IMG/VR virus record: IMGVR_UViG_3300024999_000042
Source: a virus
Direction: 5' to 3' (one strand)
Length of the DNA stretch: 64,000 nucleotides
The notes beneath the pieces are model-generated. The model was given only the letters and a program-made list of their open reading frames with translations. It had not been told where the DNA came from and did not search any database. Made by a program: the position numbers and the translations under genes. Each line of letters begins with the position of its first letter. Within the stretch, counting starts at the first letter, position 1. Below are positions 51,239 through 61,648 of the stretch, piece by piece.

Positions 51239-51532
51239 CCTATAAATATAATATAAGAAGCCACCAGACGCGATATAAGCGGTCAGAACATCATATCTGA
51301 TATAATCCTCTATCAACATTATTCTACCCTTTAAAAATCCATTTTTATTGGGTATTTTGATTTTAAGAAGTGGGTTAGGAGTAGGGTTTTAGGGTTTATG
51401 TTTTATCGATTTTATTGAATTGTAAAATAATTTTATAAAAATTGATTGACAAATTATATAAATTCATAGTAAAATGGATTGAACGGTAAATTTAATTAAT
51501 AATCATTATTTATATAATCGTAAAATAATATC

Positions 51533-51560
51533 TTGACATACTCCTAAATTTGATTATAAT
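51533..51560 (+). promoter_or_regulatory. sigma-A type promoter
   Basis: TTGACA-16-TATAAT, preceded by TAAAATAAT. Confidence 0.65.
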
Positions 51561-51592
51561 TATAAGTAAGCATTAAAGGAGGTTTTTACATA

Positions 51593-51949
51593 ATGAATAA
51601 AACTGAAAAGGCAATTATCCTTAAGCAATATCACGATATGTTCTACGCTCAGTCAGTCCTAGAAATTGATAAGTCAGATTCTATTAGAGAATTTTCATTC
51701 TTGCTAAAATCTTTAGGAATGACTAAAGAAAAATACGAAGTTGAAAATAAAATACTATCAGAAGAAAAAGGAATAACTGGCACAGCTAAAGAAATGTATT
51801 CTTTAATATTTGAATCATTCGCAAAATATAATTGTTATGTTAACTACGACTTAAAAGAAATTGATCTTTATTATGATTCGCTCGAATGGAAAATGACACA
51901 AGAAGAAAACAAATGCCACAAAGCAAGAATAAGTTATCTGACCAACTAA
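51593..51949 (+). CDS. hypothetical protein
   Basis: 118 aa with RBS and terminator. Confidence 0.6.
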   Translation: MNKTEKAIILKQYHDMFYAQSVLEIDKSDSIREFSFLLKSLGMTKEKYEVENKILSEEKGITGTAKEMYSLIFESFAKYNCYVNYDLKEIDLYYDSLEWKMTQEENKCHKARISYLTN

Positions 51950-52062
51950 AGGAGGGTAAACCTCCTATTTTCTTTATCTAATAGTGTTTTTACCTTTAAT
52001 TAGTTTGAAGTCCTTAGAAGTGTCATTCTGAGCGTGTAACGCTAATATAATGTATAAAGGAG

Positions 52063-52503
52063 ATGTTAAATATGAAAGGTTATAAACTTGCAAATGGAAA
52101 CTATATCACTGGCAAAGAAATTCAAGCAAGGAATTCTAAATTTAAAAAAGATCAAAAAATATCAAGGGAATTGTTCGCTAGAAATCAGGAACTAAATGAT
52201 AAAATTATCACAGCTTCAATTTGCAGCAACATGATAAAACAGATTAAAGACCGCGAAGCACTAATTAAAAACAACATCATTAGAGGGGAAATTATTCAAT
52301 CATTACGGAGCAATAATCCTTTTACTTATCGGAAATTCTTGATTATATGGGATCTTATCAACTCTGATTATAATCAGGTATTATATGATCTTAATCGAGG
52401 TAAAATTAATAAGGATGATATAGTTGGCGCAATTGATTATATTAATAAATTTTCAGAAAATTTAATAGACGAATACTGGAAAGATACATTAATTAAACCT
52501 TAA
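52063..52503 (+). CDS. hypothetical protein
   Basis: 146 aa with RBS and terminator. Confidence 0.6.
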   Translation: MLNMKGYKLANGNYITGKEIQARNSKFKKDQKISRELFARNQELNDKIITASICSNMIKQIKDREALIKNNIIRGEIIQSLRSNNPFTYRKFLIIWDLINSDYNQVLYDLNRGKINKDDIVGAIDYINKFSENLIDEYWKDTLIKP

Positions 52504-52880
52504 GACTAGAAAATAAAATTCTAGTCTTTTTCTATGCTCATTCAGCCCGTTAAACTCATTTTCCCTTTTCAATCCTTTACAAACTAAAAACACACGAACA
52601 GAAACGGCCTTTCCTGCCCTCAGATTGTATTACCCTATATAATCTTACCTTAATACATTTCAAACGTCTCAGAATCAAAATAGGGTTATATCTGGTATCG
52701 GATCAATAATTAACCCTTAAATTGTTTGTAAGAATAGTACAATAGAATAGGACTTTTACCTATATACAAATATAATATTTTAGTTTAAAATAAGGTACAT
52801 AGAGAAGCACACGAACAAAACCTGCTAGGAAGTAGTTAGTAGGCCAAGACATAAATCCAGAAATAATTTTCTTTAACCTA

Positions 52881-52909
52881 TTGACTTAGTAACCACAATC
52901 CATTAAAAT
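52881..52909 (+). promoter_or_regulatory. sigma-A type promoter upstream of a long untranslated region
   Basis: TTGACT-17-TAAAAT. Confidence 0.6.
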
Positions 52910-52919
52910 TAACTCAAGA

Positions 52920-53400
52920 ACAAATACATAGTGCCTACGCAAAATAGGACAAAAGGAGGTAATCAGACTCTTAACAAAGAATAAATCCCTTGAAGCCCAA
53001 GGCATCCCAAGGGAAAGCACCTCTAGTCAAGGAATGCTTAAAAAGGATAGCTCTTTGAAAATTTAATATTGGGATGATAGCGCGAATTATTTTCGGGTAA
53101 AATCTGGCGAAGCGTGTACTATAAGTGCATGTCAAGGATCTGGAAATAATCGTAGACAAATAAAGGCAATGTAGGCGCGAAGAGCGTATATAACCTGTTT
53201 GTTGCTTGACCATTTAAAATCTCTCTTTGAAACTATCTAATTCTCTATCCCTTCTAAATTCTAGCATATGGGATATTCCCTCTATGTCAAAATTTTCTTG
53301 AAAGCTTCCCTCAGTCGAATGATGATCTGAGACCGCCAAAAGAAAAATAAAGATACACGGAATACAAAATATGTTAGACTTTATAAAGGATAGAGGAAAG
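52920..53400 (+). ncRNA. candidate structured ncRNA / long leader
   Basis: Long-range pairs GTGCCTAC/GTAGGCGC, CATCCCAA/TTGGGATG, CTCTATCC/GGATAGAG; irregular G-U hairpin 53083-53152; no credible plus-strand ORF. Confidence 0.4.
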
Positions 53401-53622
53401 GATAAAAACATTCTACTAAATCCCTTTAGTTTATTCATTATTACAATTTAATCATAACAATTACATTAAACTTGCATAACGAAATCAAAATGCAGGTTGT
53501 TGTAATTTAATGTTAAATTGATTATACTTAAGGCTGAAGGGATTAATTCTTAGTTGGGCATTGGGTAGTAAATATTATACAATAACTATCTAATGTCGAA
53601 TTAAGAAAGGTGGTAATAATTA

Positions 53623-53778
53623 ATGATTGAAATTGGAAAATCCTCAAAACATTCTGGCTGTATTGCTTGTATGAATACAGATAATGACTTAAAAGATGTC
53701 AAATTAGGTCAATCCGTTGTAGTTACTCTCTGTAAAAAATGCAGAGAAGAATTAGGCGAACTTTTTAAAGGAGAGTAA
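53623..53778 (+). CDS. 51-aa zinc-finger protein (not in ORF track)
   Basis: AAGGTGG RBS; CIAC...LCKKC. Confidence 0.6.
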   Translation: MIEIGKSSKHSGCIACMNTDNDLKDVKLGQSVVVTLCKKCREELGELFKGE

Positions 53779-53906
53779 TTACTCCAATCAAAAAGACAAT
53801 TCATGGTAGTTGAAGTGTCTTTTTCTAAATTATATCATAATAATTATTAAAATATGGTATAATTTAGAAAGGACATTAAGTCCTTTAAATTGAGGAGGTT
53901 TTTAAA

Positions 53907-54260
53907 ATGACTAACAAAAAATGGTTTTGTACTCCTGATGCTGAAACAAAAAAGGGTATTTCCGGCTATAGGTTTTACCTAGCCACAAAGAAAATTTATG
54001 AGTCAGATGTCGAACTTTCTCCTTCTCCTTGGGTTCATGCTGAAGCAATGGAAACGGAAAAAGATTTTTTCTTCACTTCTAGAGATATTGCTTATCCAGA
54101 AATTACGAAACGATTAGGAGAAGTAGAAAGATTAATACTACATCCTTGTTATGTATGTAGTATTACTTTTGACGAAAAACTACTTTATCGTGTTGTAGAT
54201 GATAATGACGAAAAAACAGGAGAATATATTTGCCATGAATGTCTAAATAATGACGACTAA
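53907..54260 (+). CDS. hypothetical protein with C-terminal zinc finger
   Basis: CYVC...CHEC; GAGGAGG RBS. Confidence 0.6.
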   Translation: MTNKKWFCTPDAETKKGISGYRFYLATKKIYESDVELSPSPWVHAEAMETEKDFFFTSRDIAYPEITKRLGEVERLILHPCYVCSITFDEKLLYRVVDDNDEKTGEYICHECLNNDD

Positions 54261-54385
54261 GAAACATGAGATATTCTTTTTTAAAAGTAGCCTGAAACGG
54301 GAATACCAAATAACAATAACAACTAATTATTTGGTGTTCCTTGCTTGAGTCTATTTGAAACAAAAATAAAAAGGAGTGGTAAAAA

Positions 54386-55768
54386 ATGACTGAAGAGAAA
54401 AAGGAAATCACTTACACCACGGAAAAACGAGACATTGGAACCCTAGTCGAGCATATCGAAAAGCAATATTACACCGTAGGAAAACACCTTCAAGACTTCC
54501 TCACCGCAAAAAAGCAAGAAGAAGGGAAAGAAATTAAAACCCTTCGAGACTATATGGAATCACAAAGGGCTTATGTCTGGGAGACTTGGAGAGCATCAAA
54601 CCTAATCCAGACTGTTCTTCTTAAAAACCCTATTCCTGAAATAACAGTCTACCGTGCAGACGACAAAAGCCAGTTTAGAAAGACAGTCGATGGGCAGCAG
54701 AGATTAACCAGTATCTATCTATTCATTAACAATGGGTTTAAACTTGATGTATCAAAAACCATGTTCCCTAAATTCACAAAAGAAGGCGAACAATTCAACG
54801 CTATGGAAACACTTCACGGCAAAACATTCTCAGAACTTCCAGAGTTATGGCAGGACATTATCAAAGACTATCAATTGCGTATAACAACCATGAACAATTG
54901 TAGCGAGGAAGACGCTGAAAAGGCATTCGTTCAAATGAATTCAGGAGCCAAAGGTTTAAAACCTTCTGAAATTCGGAAGGCAGCAATGGGGAGCGACACA
55001 AGAAAATTCTTTAGATCGATTTTAGATAGTGACTGGATTTTACATGCACTAACCCCACTGGCAACAAAGGGCAACGCCGGAGATGAAATTCTGTCACAAG
55101 TCATCACGCTAATACATAACAATGGCCCAATTGAGTTGTCTAAGGATAATATTGACAAATCAATTTATGGATTTAGAGAACTAGGATTACCGGAAGAAAT
55201 TGAGGATGACATGATAAATGTCTCTAATTACCTCAGTCAAGCAACAGAAATTTGGATTGAGAACAAAAAGAAAGAAGATGCAAAGGAAGGAAGTAAAAGA
55301 GTTAAAAACTATGCAACCTATAGATATACATGGCTGAATAAGACTAATACTGTCATGCTGATGTATTCGGCCTACTCTGCATTAAGAAATAATGTTGAAG
55401 TTGAAGAGTTTTCTGCATGGGCTTATAAATTTTTTCAGGCTCCAACAAAGGAGTATAAGGAAGGGTTGCAAGATAAGGTTATTGACCTAAAACGTGTGGA
55501 AATGCGGTTAAATGCTATTAATACTGAGTTGGGAAAACTAAGTTCTTTTGAACAGGTTGAGGTTGTTGAGGAAGAAATTGAACAAGAAGAAGAACAACCT
55601 CAACAAAGTGAAAACCTTGAACCTGCTATAACAGTGACCGCAGAAGAGTTCGGCGAAGGAAATCAAGAAGAACAGTCAGAACAAATTATCAATGATGAGC
55701 AAGAACAGGATCAAGAATTCCAAGAAGAAACCCAAGCGATTCTAAACATTGTCAATAATGTTGCTTAA
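54386..55768 (+). CDS. DUF262 (ParB-like/GmrS) domain protein with acidic tail
   Basis: QRAYVW...LIQTVL...PIPEI...VDGQQRLT...F.QMNSG..L...EIRKA. Confidence 0.85.
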   Translation: MTEEKKEITYTTEKRDIGTLVEHIEKQYYTVGKHLQDFLTAKKQEEGKEIKTLRDYMESQRAYVWETWRASNLIQTVLLKNPIPEITVYRADDKSQFRKTVDGQQRLTSIYLFINNGFKLDVSKTMFPKFTKEGEQFNAMETLHGKTFSELPELWQDIIKDYQLRITTMNNCSEEDAEKAFVQMNSGAKGLKPSEIRKAAMGSDTRKFFRSILDSDWILHALTPLATKGNAGDEILSQVITLIHNNGPIELSKDNIDKSIYGFRELGLPEEIEDDMINVSNYLSQATEIWIENKKKEDAKEGSKRVKNYATYRYTWLNKTNTVMLMYSAYSALRNNVEVEEFSAWAYKFFQAPTKEYKEGLQDKVIDLKRVEMRLNAINTELGKLSSFEQVEVVEEEIEQEEEQPQQSENLEPAITVTAEEFGEGNQEEQSEQIINDEQEQDQEFQEETQAILNIVNNVA

Positions 55769-56338
55769 TGCTAAAATAATTGTATCTTGAGTCTAGACAA
55801 TAACAATAGTTAATTTGCTATTGTCTAGCATTCGAGGTAAAGTTATTAAAACTGAAGGAGTTAGATTAAATGAAAGTAAGTGAAGTTATCAAAAACAATA
55901 GTTATTATATGATTACTAAAAATGGTAAAATATTGGGAATAAACAGTGTTGATAACGAACTTTTAAATTCGGAAGTTAAAAAAATACAAGTAATCAAGGG
56001 TTTGCATAAAGACATTACATGTATTAGATTGTAGAATAAAATCATGTATTGATTGGATTATGGGAGAAGGTTAAAAATGTTTACTAAATATCTTATGAGT
56101 TATAAGTTCGAAAATGAAAAGCATTATGAAGAATCTGTAGCAAAATCAGTTAGAGATGTTTGTAAATATTTTAGGAAACTTTATCCAGAAGTAACAGATG
56201 TCAAAGTTGAAAAAGTTATAGGTCAAGTTAATATTTATACACAAACTATTTAGGTGTGTATGTTCTCAGAGCGTTTCAACTATAACAATCGAGGTTGAAA
56301 CGTTGTCGAGGGTATATAAACTAAAGGAGGTTAAATAA

Positions 56339-56650
56339 ATGCAATTCTTAACTCATTATGAGCGATATAACGTCAACAAATGGGAACAACGTCAAATAAT
56401 GCCACAATCTAATTTCATTGCCTTAAACAACTCATTTATGAACCATAATTCTTCGCTTATTGGTTTCCAAGTCGAACACGAAGACAAACGAGTTCATTAT
56501 TCAGTTAGTAATATGTTTCTCGAAAGATTGCAAGTTCAATTCCCTAACAATTGGTTTAACATTCTTAATGATGGTATGATAGCAGAGTTTAAACAGTGGG
56601 CAGGTAACATAATAGCAATAACAAATGTTATTTGCCTAGTTTCGAAGTAA
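56339..56650 (+). CDS. hypothetical protein
   Basis: 103 aa with AAGGAGG RBS. Confidence 0.55.
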   Translation: MQFLTHYERYNVNKWEQRQIMPQSNFIALNNSFMNHNSSLIGFQVEHEDKRVHYSVSNMFLERLQVQFPNNWFNILNDGMIAEFKQWAGNIIAITNVICLVSK

Positions 56651-56671
56651 GGAAAGGAAGTGTATTTTTAA

Positions 56672-56914
56672 ATGAAAAATTTTGTAATTAATAACGTGAA
56701 TATGACCAAAGAAGATTTTTCGCAAATGATTAACTATGTAGGGTCAAGAGCTATCGCATTAGCTGAAGTAGAAGAAGGTGTTGCAATTAATACTTCTAGT
56801 CCCTCAAGTGAAAAAGATGTTCATAGTAGTATTATATTCTTCTTTGAAAAATGGAATAATGCTTATAAATTAGATTACGGACGAAATGATATTGAAATTA
56901 CTTGGAGGGAATAA
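56672..56914 (+). CDS. hypothetical protein
   Basis: 80 aa with RBS. Confidence 0.55.
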   Translation: MKNFVINNVNMTKEDFSQMINYVGSRAIALAEVEEGVAINTSSPSSEKDVHSSIIFFFEKWNNAYKLDYGRNDIEITWRE

Positions 56915-57254
56915 CCCTAGCAAACACGAATTTTAATCTAATTATGAAAGGAGTTTTTAGAATGATTGAAGAGATTAAATTCTAATTTTCAAATGGTAAC
57001 AAGGAAGGAGTTTAAAAGATGGATAAACTAAGATTAATGTGTAATAATTGTTACAAAGTGGTAGTTGATTGCGAAGATGTTGTTATTGACTGTCCTTATT
57101 GTGGTTCTATTGAAACATGAATCTTAAAAATTCCAATGACATCCTAACATTCATTATATATTTTGATTGTATGGAAATAGGGCGAAGTGACATAACAATA
57201 ACAGGACTTCGCCTTGATTCGAGGCTATCAAAATTTAAAGGAGTGTGTATTTAA

Positions 57255-57743
57255 ATGAAAAAGTATGATGTAAGATTTTGTAGTTGTGGAAGAGTACATT
57301 TTATCGATGAGGCAAAGATAAATAATGCTATTGAAAATGAAAAACAGGTTTTAGTAATTTGTAATAATTGTGGCAATTCTTTTGTTGTTGGAGCAGATAA
57401 GCAAGAAGATGAAGACGGCGAAACATGTTACATGATGTATTCTTCTAGTATGAGGGATACAGAAATAAATGATATGTCAAGAATTGACAGTATCGTTTTT
57501 ACAGCAGGGGAGCAGGTTAGAATGATGACAGGTGGAGAGGCCACATTTCATGGTAGCGGAATATTCATTGATTGGGATACAAAAAAGCCTAGTGATATCT
57601 CCAATGAAGAATGGGAGAAAATGAGAATGACTGTTAATACACGACATACAATCAATTGGATCAAAGATGACAACAAACTTGAGCAAATGAGTCATTATCT
57701 AGTAGGCATCGATTGGAAAGGCACTAAGTACGAAAAGAGTTAA
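57255..57743 (+). CDS. hypothetical zinc-binding protein
   Basis: FCSCGRVH...CNNCG. Confidence 0.65.
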   Translation: MKKYDVRFCSCGRVHFIDEAKINNAIENEKQVLVICNNCGNSFVVGADKQEDEDGETCYMMYSSSMRDTEINDMSRIDSIVFTAGEQVRMMTGGEATFHGSGIFIDWDTKKPSDISNEEWEKMRMTVNTRHTINWIKDDNKLEQMSHYLVGIDWKGTKYEKS

Positions 57744-57787
57744 CACCCAAATGAATCAAACTTTTAAGGAATAGAAAGGAGTAAAAA

Positions 57788-57976
57788 ATGAAAGAACATA
57801 ATCAAAATGAATATTGGACTTACGGAAAACCTTATGGTCGTGTAACACCAGTTTATATTATTGATGGAGAAATTAGAGGCACAGAGCATGGTTCAGCACA
57901 ATATCTAATAGATACCTATCAGATGGATATCCTAGAGGCTTATAGGTATGTTTGTGATATTACTAATCATAGGTAA
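57788..57976 (+). CDS. small protein, paralog of 63082-63306
   Basis: Shared NEYWTY...TPVY.IDGEIRG.EHGS.QYLIDTY. Confidence 0.7.
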   Translation: MKEHNQNEYWTYGKPYGRVTPVYIIDGEIRGTEHGSAQYLIDTYQMDILEAYRYVCDITNHR

Positions 57977-58405
57977 TTAAACCAAAATAAATTCACTTTT
58001 AACCTATTATTTTAGCAATTTGTACTGAGATAATAACAATGCTCAGTGTGAAAACGTAAACTAAAATTAGTAATAAAAGGAGCGTGAAACAAATGGCAAA
58101 ACTCAAACGGTCAAATTTGAACTAGATGGAGAAATTCTAGAAGAAATTGTAGTTCTAATTGATGATGAGAACAGACCTAATTCCATGATTAAAATCAAGG
58201 ATATTGAAAACAGGATTATTTCAGAACACGGCAAAAGACCAAAATTAATCTTTGTAATGACTCAAAGGGATGACAGAAGCATATATAAATTTAATTAAAA
58301 TTCTTGCCTATGAAAGCTTTAATTATTCTCTAGGTCGTGATATAATGTAAATATAAATATTACGGCTTGGAGAGTATTTAAGACTCTTTAAAAATCTAAA
58401 GGAGC

Positions 58406-59653
58406 GTGTTACATATGACTAAAAATTATATTAAAAACCTTGAAACTGGTAAAATCGAACTGCATTTCTCAAAACCAGAATATCAAGCATTATCCGATGA
58501 ACTCAAAAAGGAAATCAAAAGCTCATATTTATTTTCTGGTATTGCTAAAGCTTGGGTATCTCGTTCTGTTAATAATCAATGGAGAGCGATCCAAACAGCT
58601 AAAAAACTAGGATTTACTGAGGAAGAAAAAACTGGTGAACGCTTAACCTTTGCTGAACAACTAGAGCGCAAGCAAGAAAAAGCTGAACACAGAGCAGAGC
58701 GTTACGACCAATATGCAGATAATGCAGAAAAACGTGCTGAAAATTTTCAAGCCGATTTTAATCAATATCGAAAAGATTGGTCTTGGTTAACACAACCAAT
58801 TATCCATGGTCATTCTGGAAGTCGTGCATTTGGCAATCATAAAGCAAAGGTAATAGCACGATATGAAAAAGGTTTTGAAGAATATCAAAAAAGCGATTAT
58901 TATAAAGAGCGTGCATGTACGGCAAGAGCCACCGCAAATAATTCAAAATTACAAAACAAGGTTTATCTTGTTGGGAAAATTAAAGAGAGTAATAAACAAG
59001 TTAAAACATATCAGGATATTGTAGTTAAATATGAAGAAGCACTTTATAAAATTCAACAAGGCGAAGAATTAAAAAATCGTTCAGGCGAAATTTTAACAGA
59101 AATTTATATCGAACAGAAAATAGATGACATGCTTGAAAAATATGAATGGGAATATGACAAACTTGAGTTTTTTGAAAAATGTCTAAAAGATATTGGTGGC
59201 GTTCAGTTTTCGAAGGATAATATAAAAGTAGGTTACATTGTCAATATTAAAAGGTGGGGAAAATGTGAAATTGTTTCAACAGGGCCAAAGAATATTCAGT
59301 TTAAAATACTAGAAGGTGGAGCAAGTGGAGGAATGTTAATAGATCCATATGCAGCAATCGTAGAGATATTAGAAACAAATGAAGTCGAGGAAGTAAAAGC
59401 AGAAAATCCTTTTAAAATTGGCGATATTGTTTGCAAACACAGACCAGCCGATAATAGTATTTATAGAGCTTTTCAAATTGTTAAAACTACTGACAAATCT
59501 GTAACAATTCAAAGAATCGAAGTGTTAGACCATAAACCAGTTAAAGATACTTTTATTAGTGATCAACAAGAAAGGAAACAAGTTAAAAAAGATAGACAAG
59601 GAAATTTCGTAATAAATCATGATGACTGGTATTTATACAGGTATACTGCATAA
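58406..59653 (+). CDS. DUF3560-like protein
   Basis: E..AE.RAERY...A...QPIIHGH.GSR...AR.EKG..E..K..YY..RA..A pattern. Confidence 0.65.
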   Translation: MLHMTKNYIKNLETGKIELHFSKPEYQALSDELKKEIKSSYLFSGIAKAWVSRSVNNQWRAIQTAKKLGFTEEEKTGERLTFAEQLERKQEKAEHRAERYDQYADNAEKRAENFQADFNQYRKDWSWLTQPIIHGHSGSRAFGNHKAKVIARYEKGFEEYQKSDYYKERACTARATANNSKLQNKVYLVGKIKESNKQVKTYQDIVVKYEEALYKIQQGEELKNRSGEILTEIYIEQKIDDMLEKYEWEYDKLEFFEKCLKDIGGVQFSKDNIKVGYIVNIKRWGKCEIVSTGPKNIQFKILEGGASGGMLIDPYAAIVEILETNEVEEVKAENPFKIGDIVCKHRPADNSIYRAFQIVKTTDKSVTIQRIEVLDHKPVKDTFISDQQERKQVKKDRQGNFVINHDDWYLYRYTA

Positions 59654-59771
59654 CAATTTATCAATAACAGTTTAACTATTCTCTGTAACGTGCTATAACG
59701 TATTAAACCAAATATAATATAGTGCGGTACGGAGAGCAATTAAGCTCAAAAAATCTAGGAGGTTACATATT

Positions 59772-60194
59772 ATGGCAATCAAAACATTTGTGAAGGAATA
59801 TAAAAATTATGGTTGGAATGAGATTAAAGTTATTGACTTTGAAACTGGGGAGTTTACTCAATACAATGTATGCAATACTATTGGGTTTCCTTTTGGTACT
59901 CCTTATCAAACTACAGTTTTTGAAATGGGTTATACTTCAGTAAAAGAATGTTTAAAAACTCTTAAAGAGCGTAATTTGCTAGATTATGAAGTCGATTGTA
60001 AGGAGCAAAAAGAGTCCGAAAGAATTGGTTATATTAATTTGGGAGTAGAAAGGATTAAACGAGTAGGAAGAGTTAACACAAAAGATTTTGAAGATGTTTG
60101 CAACAAATTAAGTGGTTATGGAATGGGATTTTGTGATTCTCAAAATTCTATTACTGCATGTTATTTGCATAGTTTAGAAGAAGGAGCGTGTTAA
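59772..60194 (+). CDS. hypothetical protein
   Basis: 140 aa with AGGAGG RBS. Confidence 0.6.
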   Translation: MAIKTFVKEYKNYGWNEIKVIDFETGEFTQYNVCNTIGFPFGTPYQTTVFEMGYTSVKECLKTLKERNLLDYEVDCKEQKESERIGYINLGVERIKRVGRVNTKDFEDVCNKLSGYGMGFCDSQNSITACYLHSLEEGAC

Positions 60195-60538
60195 CAATGA
60201 ATACTAAAACTAATGGCATTTGGGTATGGACTGCAAAAGCAGAAGAAAAGGCAAAAGAATTAAACCTTGAGGAAAGAAAAGAAAATATTCCTGCATGGTT
60301 AGGATATTCTCTTTTAGGCCAATTTGCTCCTCAAAAATGGGTTGAACTTGGATATGTAAAGGAATTAAAGTGCCAAGTATTAATCCATAACTCTAAAAAC
60401 AAAATACCTGAATGGGTTGATGGTTTTATAACAGGAACCATTGCCGGAGATGTAGGAGAAGATTTTGAGCGAATCAATGTTTTAGCAAATGGAAATAATT
60501 TAATTGGTTGTCATCCTGATTGTGTCAAGCAAATATAA
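60188..60538 (+). CDS. hypothetical protein
   Basis: 116 aa coupled to the upstream gene. Confidence 0.55.
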   Translation: MLTMNTKTNGIWVWTAKAEEKAKELNLEERKENIPAWLGYSLLGQFAPQKWVELGYVKELKCQVLIHNSKNKIPEWVDGFITGTIAGDVGEDFERINVLANGNNLIGCHPDCVKQI

Positions 60539-60656
60539 TTATTTTGATAGTGCCTAGACATCCTGCAATCTATATAACAGCGAACTATGTGTGGTTGCAG
60601 GGTTTTGGAGTTTATCAAAGTGAGTAATGTGATAAACTAGAAGGAGTGAAATTATT

Positions 60657-61013
60657 ATGACAGAATTATGTGTACATAATGAAGGTATTTGTTCAATGGT
60701 TGACCCATTTATAACAACTAATGAAAGATGTTTGACTTTTAAGTATGCAGGAAATGACAAAGTGGAAAATGCAATAAATCTTTCAAGTTTATTAGATCAA
60801 AACAAAATAGATCATGTTTGCTATCTTGAAACTGGGAATTATTACCCTTGTCAATTTATCCTCAGAAGAAGTGGTAGAAAATGGAATGATATAATGAAGT
60901 TGGTTAATAGTGTTCAGTCCCCAAAGTATGACTATGCTAAGATTGACTTCTACATAACTGACGAAGTAAAGAAAAATGTTTTAGGTAAAATTCAAGTAGT
61001 TCAATATTGTTAA
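60657..61013 (+). CDS. hypothetical protein
   Basis: 118 aa with RBS. Confidence 0.55.
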   Translation: MTELCVHNEGICSMVDPFITTNERCLTFKYAGNDKVENAINLSSLLDQNKIDHVCYLETGNYYPCQFILRRSGRKWNDIMKLVNSVQSPKYDYAKIDFYITDEVKKNVLGKIQVVQYC

Positions 61014-61124
61014 CCCTTCGAAACTTACAATTTATGGTATAACAGCCGGCCATATTTCGTTCATGGACCTTCCATAACGCTTGCGTGTATGCTATACTTA
61101 CATTATCATAAAGGAGGTGTCAGA

Positions 61125-61268
61125 ATGCAGGTTACACTCAACACTAGACTAGAGGTAGAGGTCAGGCGAAGACTAGACGCTTATGTTCTAAAAGTTAACC
61201 GTCCTATGGCTCAAATAGTCGCAGAGGCCATTCAAAAATATCTAGACGAAAAGGAGAAAAAAGAGTAA
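61125..61268 (+). CDS. 47-aa ribbon-helix-helix transcriptional regulator (not in ORF track)
   Basis: AAGGAGGTG RBS; MQVTLNTRLEVEVRRRLDAYVLKVNRPMAQIVAEAIQKYL fits the RHH pattern. Confidence 0.75.
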   Translation: MQVTLNTRLEVEVRRRLDAYVLKVNRPMAQIVAEAIQKYLDEKEKKE

Positions 61269-61275
61269 ATTTTTA

Positions 61276-61304
61276 TTGACAGGTGCTTGCAAGCGTGGTA
61301 TAGT
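61276..61304 (+). promoter_or_regulatory. sigma-A type promoter with a palindromic spacer
   Basis: TTGACA-17-TATAGT; spacer contains GCTTGCAAGC. Confidence 0.7.
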
Positions 61305-61355
61305 GTTATTAATCAAGTAAATATTATTTATTAATTTAAGAAAGAAGGAATTAAG

Positions 61356-61622
61356 ATGTTCAGAGACGATGAAGAAAAAGTTATGGGAGCTAAAATTCAA
61401 AAAGTCAAAAGCGCAATCAGTAAAGTTTTAGAGGAATGTGTAAATGAGTTACCTGAAGTTCAATTAGGATGGAGTGGATCTGTAATTGAGGTTTATCTAT
61501 CAGGCGGTAATTATCAAACTAGAAATGTCATTGAAAATCATTTTGTAAACAGTAGAAAATACAAAGGAGTTGAAATTCAAAATAACAATACCAAAAAACG
61601 TATTAGTTTTTATTTAGCGTAA
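61356..61622 (+). CDS. hypothetical protein
   Basis: 88 aa. Confidence 0.55.
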   Translation: MFRDDEEKVMGAKIQKVKSAISKVLEECVNELPEVQLGWSGSVIEVYLSGGNYQTRNVIENHFVNSRKYKGVEIQNNNTKKRISFYLA

Positions 61623-61648
61623 GTAAAACTTAAAAGGAGGATATAACA

